Sequence record: DRR723986_9353 | Strand: one strand, 5' to 3' | DNA length: 34,632 nucleotides | Shown: piece by piece, positions 27,075 through 34,632 of the stretch | Position numbering within the stretch: the first letter of the stretch is position 1 | Layout: each line of letters begins with the position of its first letter | The notes under the pieces: generated by a model | What the model was told of the DNA's origin: nothing | Seen by the model: only the letters and a program-made list of their open reading frames with translations | Databases searched by the model: none | Made by a program: the position numbers and the translations under genes

Positions 27075-28547
27075 TCAGGTGAGCCCAAATAACTTGCGTG
27101 CATCCCATCCATCTGAATAGTCGCGGCGGATGAATTGATCCAGTTCTGGCCTTCCTTCGACAGTCATTTGCGGAGAATTCCACCGGAGTTCATCAGTGCC
27201 AGCTCTCTGTGCGAGAACACCCAGCAGGATTGTTTCCGTCATTCTCGCCGCTAGCTGGAAATTGGATTCACACTGCGGTATCTTCCCTGTGACAGCATCA
27301 AACCATTCCTGGTAATTGTTCTGCGAGCTAGCTCTGGGCAGGCTCTCAGGCGGAAAAGTAAACTGCTCAATGTGACGGTCTGTCTTGAGCACCCAGTTGG
27401 GCTTGCCGCGATTGAAGAAGAGCTTGCCATGCTCGCCCACAATGACGCTGCCAAAGTCGGAGAACTGCATTCCATCCAGCACGTCAGCCGTCGGATGGTT
27501 GTACTCTTCGCCGGCTTTCACCAAAGCCCATTTTTTCCGGTCAAATGTGGCATCGATGAACCCGTCGTACCAAAGAACTTGGAAGCCATCAGCCGCAGAG
27601 TAATCGTTCGCCGGGAACTGCCATGCGATCTTTGAGTTGATCGGCGGGGACAGGTCCGTTGCTCCGACCTGTTCAGCGGCAACCGTTGTCGGAGCAGCAG
27701 GATCCATCGCCCAGAAGCCAAGGTCCATGATGTGGCATGCCATGTCGCCAAGCGCTCCGGTGCCATAGTCCCACCAACCTCGCCAAGCGAAAGGTGCGAT
27801 TTCAGGGCTGTAGCCAACGCTGGGGGCAGGCCCAATCCACTGACTCCAATTAATGGCTTCTGGAACTGGCTGCGTGGGGGGCGGAGCAGAGAAACCCTGC
27901 GGCCAAATCGGGCGATTTGTCCAACAGTGGACCTCCTTCACCTTTCCGACAATGCCTGCTCGCACAAGCTCGACGCACCGACGCATGTGGTCGTTCGCAT
28001 GAGCCTGGTTGCCCATCTGCGTCTGAACGCCAGTGGTCTTCGCTGCGGCCGCCAACTGTCTCGCTTCCCAGATTCCGTGAGTGAGCGGCTTTTGGCAATA
28101 GACGTGCTTTCCAGCCTGCATCGCTTGCATGCTGGCATGAAAGTGGTGGTGATCAGGCGTGGAAATGACGACGGCATCAATCTGGTCATCAAGCTCCGCA
28201 ATCATCTCGCGGTAGTCCTGACCATAGATTGCATCGGGGTAAGCCTGGCGACACTGGACTTGTCCCTTGGCACGGCGGTCCCGCCCGGTGACAGACAGTT
28301 TGGTCGCGTCAACGACGTCGGTAAGTGCAACGACGCGGAAGCCGCTCTTGGATAATTGTTCGAGGTCCGTTTTGCCTTTGCCACCGGCCCCAATGCCCAG
28401 CAGGGCAGGTGCTTCCAGGGCTCCCCGCGCGCGAATCGGCGAAGCGCAAAGTCCCGCCGCCAAGCCAACGGCCGCTTTCTTAGCAAAGCTTCGCCGGCCG
28501 ATCTGTTGGTGCACTGGATGGTTAGTGTCAGGAACGCTCGTTGCCAC
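27075..28547 (-). CDS. Tat-exported Gfo/Idh/MocA family oxidoreductase
   Basis: GRRSFAKK twin-arginine signal, plus IGAGGKG, ISTPDHHH, HVYCQKPL, TQMGNQ, WRGWWDYGTGALGDMACH motifs. Start set at GTG 28547 after GGAG. Confidence 0.9.
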   Translation of the reverse strand: MATSVPDTNHPVHQQIGRRSFAKKAAVGLAAGLCASPIRARGALEAPALLGIGAGGKGKTDLEQLSKSGFRVVALTDVVDATKLSVTGRDRRAKGQVQCRQAYPDAIYGQDYREMIAELDDQIDAVVISTPDHHHFHASMQAMQAGKHVYCQKPLTHGIWEARQLAAAAKTTGVQTQMGNQAHANDHMRRCVELVRAGIVGKVKEVHCWTNRPIWPQGFSAPPPTQPVPEAINWSQWIGPAPSVGYSPEIAPFAWRGWWDYGTGALGDMACHIMDLGFWAMDPAAPTTVAAEQVGATDLSPPINSKIAWQFPANDYSAADGFQVLWYDGFIDATFDRKKWALVKAGEEYNHPTADVLDGMQFSDFGSVIVGEHGKLFFNRGKPNWVLKTDRHIEQFTFPPESLPRASSQNNYQEWFDAVTGKIPQCESNFQLAARMTETILLGVLAQRAGTDELRWNSPQMTVEGRPELDQFIRRDYSDGWDARKLFGLT

Positions 28548-28697
28548 GTCAATTCTCCAAGCTGGAAAGTCATTTATCACGCGGGCACGGCACACCTTCC
28601 CACGGTGAACGTTGCCGAGCCATAATGCCTAGCGCGAGGAAGTATCATATCATGTCGCACCGAAGGACGTTTTGAGAGTTGTCGCCGAGCATTTGGA

Positions 28698-29279
28698 ATG
28701 AAAACGATGAGCCATTGTCGACTGCCTGAAAATACCAGAGGTATTGCGATTCAAACCAATCGGCTGGCATTACGTGGGTGGGTGAAGGCGGATTTGGAGC
28801 CTTTCGCCGCGATGAATGCGGATGCGGCCGTGATGCGCTATTTTCCGAAGTGTTTCAACAGCAGCGAATCAACCGCCCAAGCTGAAAAGCTGGAAGCGCA
28901 CGGCATCGCACACGGTTTTACCTACTGGGCAGCGGAAGAACTTAGCACCGCCCGATTTGTCGGATTCATCGGTTTGAAAGTACTGTTGCTTCCCGGCAGG
29001 CAGCCCATGCTAGACATTGGCTGGCGGCTCGACAAATCCGTCTGGAGGCAAGGCCTGGCAAGCGAAGGAGCCAGGGCCTGCGTGTCCTACGCTTTTGATC
29101 AAGTTAAAGCACCTGAACTGGTCGCCGTTGCTTCTCGACAAAATCAGCCATCGATGGGCGTCATGAAAAAGGTAGGCATGACGCACCTGGAAGACTTCTC
29201 ACATCCGATGATTCCCGACAGCAGTCCACTCAAGGTTTGTTCCCTGTTTAGGATCTGTAGGTCGGAGTATTCCGGTTGA
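28698..29279 (+). CDS. GNAT family N-acetyltransferase (RimJ/RimL-like)
   Basis: IQTNRLALRGW, FAAMNADAAVMRYF, FVGFIGL, DIGWRL, WRQGLASEGA and NQPSMGVMKKVGM motifs. Confidence 0.9.
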   Translation: MKTMSHCRLPENTRGIAIQTNRLALRGWVKADLEPFAAMNADAAVMRYFPKCFNSSESTAQAEKLEAHGIAHGFTYWAAEELSTARFVGFIGLKVLLLPGRQPMLDIGWRLDKSVWRQGLASEGARACVSYAFDQVKAPELVAVASRQNQPSMGVMKKVGMTHLEDFSHPMIPDSSPLKVCSLFRICRSEYSG

Positions 29280-29305
29280 GTCACATTCCCGCAGCAGCAA
29301 TTCGT

Positions 29306-29740
29306 CTACCCGCTGTTCGGATTGGCAGCAAGGTGAAACCAGTATTGGTAGATCTGCTGCACGGCTGCGTGAAAATCGTTGAAGTCGACGGGCTTGGTGA
29401 TGTAGGTATTGCATCTAAGGCGATACGTATCACGGATCTCCGCATTGGATTCACTGGTTGTAAGGACCACCACGGGAATCTGTCGCAGTGGAGGATCTTC
29501 CGATAATTCTTCCAGCACTTCGCGTCCGTTCATCAACGGCATGTTGATGTCTAGCAACACGAGATCTGGCGAGGGAGCTTGCTCGTAGGGTGGCTCGTGC
29601 CTCAGGTACTTCAGGCACTCAACACCATTTCCAACGTGGGCGACTTCAGCGTCAGGGTCCGTCTTCTGAAAACTACGTCGAGTGATGAAGACATCATCTT
29701 CGTTGTCTTCGACGAGTAGAATCCTGGGACCGCGTTTCAT
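29306..29740 (-). CDS. Single-domain response regulator (Rcp1/CheY-like)
   Basis: ILLVEDNEDD, PDLVLLDINMP, IPVVVLTTS, YITKPVDF and C-terminal YWF motifs. ATGA overlap with the kinase stop. Confidence 0.92.
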   Translation of the reverse strand: MKRGPRILLVEDNEDDVFITRRSFQKTDPDAEVAHVGNGVECLKYLRHEPPYEQAPSPDLVLLDINMPLMNGREVLEELSEDPPLRQIPVVVLTTSESNAEIRDTYRLRCNTYITKPVDFNDFHAAVQQIYQYWFHLAANPNSG

Positions 29741-32586
29741 TCTGGGCATGGTTGCTCGAGCTCCTGTGGGCGTTCGGTACTTGCTTGGGGCAGAGCATGT
29801 GCTGAAACGGGCAAATTAAACTTGAATGTACATCCTTCACCGACGGTAGACTCGAGGGCAATCTGCCCACCGTGGTGTTCTACAATTCTGCGGCAAATCG
29901 CAAGGCCGATACCAGTGCCGGGGTACTCCTCCTGCGAATGTAACCGGCGGAAGATCTCAAAGATCTTTTGCTTGTGTTCTGGGGCAATTCCAATTCCGTT
30001 GTCGCGGACGGTGAACGTGGAATCGGTGGCGCTGAATTCCAAGTGTACCGCCGGGACGTGTTTGTCGTTGTACTTGATCGCGTTACCAATCAAATTCATC
30101 AGTAGCTGAACAAGCTGAGATTGGTCGCCCGTAACTTGAGGAAGCTTACCGATGTGAACCTCCGCACCGGTTTCCGAGATCATGGGCTGTAGCATGTGCA
30201 GCGTCTCGACAGCCACCTCTTGCATGTCGACAATTTTGTTCGGCTGCGCTTGTCCATCCACGCGACAGTAAGACAGCAGGTCATTGATGAGCGTTTGCAT
30301 CCGCTTGCATCCATCAACAATCCGAGCGATATAGTCTTTGGCGTCAGCGTCGAGTTTTTCTGAGTAGTCTTCTTCCAGGAACTGAGCGAAGTTTGCGATT
30401 CCTCGCAGCGGAGCTTGCAAGTCATGCGAGGCGACGTAGGCAAACTGCTGCAGCTCGCGGTTGCTGTCCGCCAGGCTTTTTTCAGCGCGTTTGCGTTCGG
30501 AAATATCGTGCCACACGACCAGGAGGGCTGGCCCACTTTGGAGCTGGACCGGATTCAGCGTAACTTCGCATGGGAAGCTCTCGCCGTCGGCCCGTAGGTG
30601 CTCCCAATCAAACCGATGGTGTCCATTTTCCCGCGCGATGGAATCCATCTCAATGCACTTCTCCATGCTCTTCTGCCCGTCGGGCTGCAGTTCCGGAGAG
30701 AAGCGAGCAGGGTGCGACGCCAGCAGTTCGCCCTTGGATCGCATCCTGAGCATTTCAACGGCGGCCTGATTGCACTCGATGATCCCGCTTTCATCGAATA
30801 AAAGGTGTGCATCGGTGGACTGCTCAAAGAGCACGGTACGCAGTTCAGCCTCGCGGCGAGCCTCGGTCACATCGCGTGCAGTGGCAACAACCAATTCATG
30901 ATCTTCGTAGTCGACGAACCACATCGTAATGTCGCATTCCAGCGGCTCTTGCTCAACACGTTGTAGCTGAGACTGATAGCTGAACGACCCAGTTTCCTTG
31001 ACCCGTTGCCAGTGCTCGCGCCACTGCTCTTTGGTCATCTGGACGTCGATGTCGGCCAGTTGTCGGCGGTCGCCGTTGGTGATCAATCCCAACTGTTTGG
31101 TGGCTTGGCGATTAGCGTAGATCACACTACCACTGTTATTGATAAACAGGACCATATCGGCCGAGTGGTCGACGGCATACTGAGTCAACTGAAGTTGCTT
31201 CTGCGCCTCGTGCAGTTCAGTGACGTCTTGAAACGTTCCCCAGATTCGTTCGCAGCGTTGGTTGACAATCTCCGGTTCCCCCAACGCTCGCACCCAAACG
31301 TTTCTTCCGCTAGCGGTGCGCAATGGCAGCTCGAAATCAAACGGCTCCAGATTTTCGATGCAAGCCTGAACCTTCTGCCCGACAAGTTCGCGATGCTCCG
31401 GGTAGTAATAGGAGATGCCTTCTTCGAGACTTGGCTTGTGGCCCGGCGGCTGATCGTGGATTCGGCAAATTTCGTCCGACCAGGTGAGCTCCTGGTTCAC
31501 GATGTCAAACTCCCATCCGCCCACCCGAGCCATTCGAGAAGTCTTGGTCAGCATTTGCTGCGCCCTGGATGTGCGGCGATTCGATGCTTCCAGCAGTGCA
31601 ACAGAATTGAGGTAGCCAAGCGTGCTGCGAACAAACGAAAACGCGATCAGGGCCAACAGGCATGACGCGGCCAGTCCAATGGCGAGTAGCCCAAATGTCC
31701 CCGGAGAAGTCTTCGACCAACCGCCTTTGGGAACGCCGTACAGTTGCCATGTCGCAGTCGGCAACGAAACCGTCGCGACCAGAGGCGACTGGTCGAGCAA
31801 GTTCGGGTCGCCGTATAGTGTCGACTGAGTTGCCAGATCTGTGGACTCGTTATTGTAAATCGCCACATCGATACACTCGGCTGGGCAGGCGCGGATTTCA
31901 CTGGCGACTTGATCGTAGTCAATCAGAATCGAGACCAGCCCCCAGTAGGCTCTCTTTGCCGGATCGCTCTTTGCCGGACCGTCTGATTGCGAGCCGTGTT
32001 CAAGTTCTGCATCGGCGGCGGCGACTGTACTCGGCAGATAGACCGGAACGCGATCAATAAACGCCTTGCCGCCTTGCCGTAGCATGACTGGGCCTGTTAG
32101 TTGGCCACGAGTTGAATCGATTGCGGCCTGGATTGCATCACGCTGCTTGGGGTCGTCAAGCGGTGCAAATCCAATGGCCGACCCGTTCTTATCGTACGGG
32201 TAGACGTTTGAGATAACATTGTCGCGCAGCAGAGTTAAACCGCGAATGCCGGGCGTTTCTCCGACCAGCTCCTTAGCAAACTCTTCAAATTGTTGCTGAG
32301 TAATGTCCGGATTTGTCGCCACGTGGGCGCGCAGGCCCTGGGTGAGGCTGACCTTCGTGTTCAGTGCAATTTCCACACTGCTGCGAATGGTCGCGAGTTC
32401 GCTCTGCGCTTTACTCAGTACTTCCTGCCGAAATTCTGTGTTCACCTGACGAACATACAGACCGACCAGGCTCAGGCTAATGGCCAAGACCACTGCAGCG
32501 GCCGCAGTTGCGAACAGAATTCGAAACCGCGTGCTGGCGATGGGCAGTGAGCCCAGCAGTAAGTGGATTGAGTTTGAGGAGCGCAT
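29737..32586 (-). CDS. Membrane sensor histidine kinase: TM-CHASE-TM-PAS-PAS-PAS-HisKA-HATPase
   Basis: CHASE-like periplasmic region (VYPYDKNGSAIG, GPVMLRQGG, YWGLVSILID), PAS GGWEFD...WSDEICRI, H-box FAYVASHDLQAPLR, N-box NLIGNAIKY, DNGIGI, FRRLH and GTGIGLAIC. Confidence 0.92.
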   Translation of the reverse strand: MRSSNSIHLLLGSLPIASTRFRILFATAAAAVVLAISLSLVGLYVRQVNTEFRQEVLSKAQSELATIRSSVEIALNTKVSLTQGLRAHVATNPDITQQQFEEFAKELVGETPGIRGLTLLRDNVISNVYPYDKNGSAIGFAPLDDPKQRDAIQAAIDSTRGQLTGPVMLRQGGKAFIDRVPVYLPSTVAAADAELEHGSQSDGPAKSDPAKRAYWGLVSILIDYDQVASEIRACPAECIDVAIYNNESTDLATQSTLYGDPNLLDQSPLVATVSLPTATWQLYGVPKGGWSKTSPGTFGLLAIGLAASCLLALIAFSFVRSTLGYLNSVALLEASNRRTSRAQQMLTKTSRMARVGGWEFDIVNQELTWSDEICRIHDQPPGHKPSLEEGISYYYPEHRELVGQKVQACIENLEPFDFELPLRTASGRNVWVRALGEPEIVNQRCERIWGTFQDVTELHEAQKQLQLTQYAVDHSADMVLFINNSGSVIYANRQATKQLGLITNGDRRQLADIDVQMTKEQWREHWQRVKETGSFSYQSQLQRVEQEPLECDITMWFVDYEDHELVVATARDVTEARREAELRTVLFEQSTDAHLLFDESGIIECNQAAVEMLRMRSKGELLASHPARFSPELQPDGQKSMEKCIEMDSIARENGHHRFDWEHLRADGESFPCEVTLNPVQLQSGPALLVVWHDISERKRAEKSLADSNRELQQFAYVASHDLQAPLRGIANFAQFLEEDYSEKLDADAKDYIARIVDGCKRMQTLINDLLSYCRVDGQAQPNKIVDMQEVAVETLHMLQPMISETGAEVHIGKLPQVTGDQSQLVQLLMNLIGNAIKYNDKHVPAVHLEFSATDSTFTVRDNGIGIAPEHKQKIFEIFRRLHSQEEYPGTGIGLAICRRIVEHHGGQIALESTVGEGCTFKFNLPVSAHALPQASTERPQELEQPCPE
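31952..31978. repeat. Tandem 15-bp-period duplication CTCTTTGCCGGA x2 (encodes PAKS-D-PAKR)
   Basis: Seen directly. It is in frame and lies within a loop insertion of the CHASE domain. Confidence 0.6.
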
Positions 32587-32756
32587 GGCCAAACGGAGAG
32601 GTTATGCATCTTAGAATTGAACAGAGTCATGCTCGGGTTGAGCCTATCCCCCCTGATATCGTCGCCAGCGAAAGTGTAACGCTTCCGGAAAAATAATTCA
32701 TTAGCGAAAGTTTGAGGAACGTGCGGTGCATGTTGGGAATATGCCGAGCGTAGCGA

Positions 32757-33779
32757 CTACCCAGGCTTTCCAGATTGCGCCGTTTTTTTGAGCGACGCAG
32801 CGCAAGCCAGCATTTCTTCATCGCGATCTAAGCGTGGCTGATACCCAAGCAGTTGTTTCGCTTTCTCAATTGAAAAATAGTGGTCCTGCGCCAGTTGCGC
32901 CGCAACAAACCGTGTCATCGGTGGCTCTGACTGCTTGCCAAGTACCCTGTATACACCTTCTAAGGCTGCGCCAATTCGATAGGCGGCAGCAAACGAAATT
33001 CGTTTCTGTGGGACAGCCACATCGGCTGCCTTAAGGATTTGAGAGATCCAATCCCAACACTCTATGGGAGAACCATCAGTCAAGAAGAACGCTTCGCCAT
33101 TGACTGCACCTTCACCGTCAAGCAGCCGCTGGAGAGCACTAACATGCGCCCAAGCCGCGGAACGGACGTGGACGGTGTCGATTAAGTTCTTTCCGGAGCC
33201 AACGCACCTCAGTCGGCCGGACTGGGCCCGCTGGATCACGCGAGGAAACAAGTGCGGGTCGCCTTGTCCCCAAATCAGATGTGGTCGTAGTGAGCAGGTG
33301 TTGAGCTCTGTCGTTTGGCCCGCTTTCAACACGGCTTGTTCTGCAAGTGCCTTGGTGTGCGGGTAGTGACAAAGCCAACGATCTGGATAACCAACCGTTT
33401 CATCAACACCGGATTGATTCTCGCCTGCGAATGTAACGCTTGGGCTACTGCTGAAGACGAAGGCACGCATCTTGTTCGACTGCGCGGCGGCCAACAGGTG
33501 TTCTGTAGCACGAGTGTTGATGTCGTAGTACGTTTCCCACGGCCCCCAGACACCGGCATTGGCAGCAGTGTGAATGATCGCTTCGCACCCTTGAGTGGCC
33601 TCCTGGACGACGGACGGATTTGTAATGCTACCCGCGACACACTCTACCCCAAGCTCCGCCAATTGCGGATACTTGCTTCGAGCAATGCCTCGCACCTGAT
33701 AACCAGCGGCAAGCAACTGCTTGGTAACTTCACTTCCAAGGAAGCCGCCGTAGCCAGTGACAAGAATGCGGGCCGCCAT
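32757..33779 (-). CDS. NAD-dependent epimerase/dehydratase, 3-beta-HSD family, OleD-like (2-alkyl-3-oxoalkanoate reductase)
   Basis: VTGYGGFLG, HTAANAGVWG, SSSPSV, YPHTKALAEQ (YxxxK), LRPHLIWGQGDPHL and EPPMTRF motifs. Confidence 0.8.
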   Translation of the reverse strand: MAARILVTGYGGFLGSEVTKQLLAAGYQVRGIARSKYPQLAELGVECVAGSITNPSVVQEATQGCEAIIHTAANAGVWGPWETYYDINTRATEHLLAAAQSNKMRAFVFSSSPSVTFAGENQSGVDETVGYPDRWLCHYPHTKALAEQAVLKAGQTTELNTCSLRPHLIWGQGDPHLFPRVIQRAQSGRLRCVGSGKNLIDTVHVRSAAWAHVSALQRLLDGEGAVNGEAFFLTDGSPIECWDWISQILKAADVAVPQKRISFAAAYRIGAALEGVYRVLGKQSEPPMTRFVAAQLAQDHYFSIEKAKQLLGYQPRLDRDEEMLACAASLKKTAQSGKPG

Positions 33780-33939
33780 TAAAGAGCCTTTCAAAATAGA
33801 TGGTTTGCTTTGGCGCGCCTAATGGCAAAGCTGAGTGACGACCGCAATGCTCCCTGCAATCGCCCAGCGGAAACGTTGGTCGTGCGAACAGTAAAATCTG
33901 CCCTAGAATTCACCTTGGCAATCAATCGAGCGATAAGCC

Positions 33940-33948
33940 TGCTAGAAT
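33940..33948 (+). promoter_or_regulatory. Candidate extended -10 promoter TGcTAGAAT for the MoxR gene
   Basis: TGn-TAGAAT about 150 bp upstream of the MoxR GTG. Confidence 0.3.
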
Positions 33949-34101
33949 CTTGCAGATCAATTGAGCAGACAATTCGTCGAGCGATTACTGACGCGGTCAC
34001 TAGGGAAGTCTCGCTCCATTGTGGCGGCCTTCTGCTCGATGCCAAGTGGTTGCGGAAGCGGATGTCGCGGCAAACAGAATAAGTTCAGCGAAGAGTCAAT
34101 C

Positions 34102-34632
34102 GTGGATAATCCATCCGAACCAGGTCAACAGAACAGCCAAGACGATATACGAGCGGCCGAGCAACTTGTCCGGATGAGTCAAGCCATTCGGCGGGAAGTA
34201 GGCAAACGAGTTGTCGGGCAACGCGGTGTGATTGACCAATTGTTGATCGCAATTCTTGCCCGCGGCCACTGCTTGCTCGAGGGTGTTCCCGGCTTGGCGA
34301 AAACTCTGATTGTGAAAACGCTCGCCGATGCGATGGATTTGAGTTTTCATCGCATCCAGTTCACACCAGATTTGATGCCGGCGGACATTACAGGAACGGA
34401 CATCATTCAAGATGTCGCAACCACTGGCACTCGACAATTGGTATTCGAGAAAGGGCCCATTTTTGCCCAGTTCGTTCTGGCAGACGAGATCAACAGAACA
34501 CCGCCAAAGACGCAGGCTGCGTTATTGGAGGCAATGCAGGAGCACGAGGTTACCGTTGGCGGCAAGACGTACCCACTGGCAGAGCCCTTCTTTGTGCTGG
34601 CGACGCAGAACCCGATCGAACAAGAGGGCACC
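34102..34632 (+). CDS. moxR: MoxR family AAA+ ATPase, 5' part (runs off the window end, not in the ORF track)
   Basis: Manual translation from GTG 34102: ...[36 protein letters not shown]...[15 protein letters not shown]...[23 protein letters not shown]...[15 protein letters not shown]. Confidence 0.93.
   Translation, partial: MDNPSEPGQQNSQDDIRAAEQLVRMSQAIRREVGKRVVGQRGVIDQLLIAILARGHCLLEGVPGLAKTLIVKTLADAMDLSFHRIQFTPDLMPADITGTDIIQDVATTGTRQLVFEKGPIFAQFVLADEINRTPPKTQAALLEAMQEHEVTVGGKTYPLAEPFFVLATQNPIEQEGT

Overview
Bacterial chromosomal window of roughly mid-50s % GC (estimated by eye). It is almost certainly from a planctomycete (Pirellulaceae-like), judging by the PVC-type CxxCH cytochrome, sulfatase, Tat-signal Gfo/Idh/MocA protein, missing rpmD and ribosomal-protein extensions. 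The core (12.3-24.5 kb, minus strand) is the S10-spc cluster: rpsJ-rplC-rplD-rplW-rplB-rpsS-rplV-rpsC-rplP-rpmC-rpsQ-rplN-rplX-rplE-rpsN-rpsH-rplF-rplR-rpsE-rplO-secY-adk. It has a near-consensus sigma70 promoter and a highly structured, possibly switch-like leader. The left flank carries a minus-strand operon of TPR protein, ExbB/TolQ, ExbD/TolR, a membrane-anchored prenyltransferase/squalene-cyclase-fold protein and a frameshifted SDR. It also carries a cytochrome c/PQQ-type propeller fusion, a sulfatase, btaA-btaB (betaine lipid DGTS synthesis) and a DUF393/DCC thiol-disulfide protein. The right flank carries an extremely acidic orphan protein, lpdA, a Tat Gfo/Idh/MocA oxidoreductase, a GNAT, a CHASE-PAS histidine kinase with an Rcp1-like receiver, an OleD-like reductase and a truncated MoxR AAA+ ATPase. 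The most interesting candidate system is an ExbBD motor whose adjacent squalene-cyclase-like gene has TonB/TolA hallmarks (S-x3-H transmembrane helix, long acidic/Pro-rich linker). This suggests a Ton-like transducer ending in an alpha/alpha barrel instead of a TonB-C domain. I saw no mobile elements, CRISPR arrays, tRNA or rRNA.
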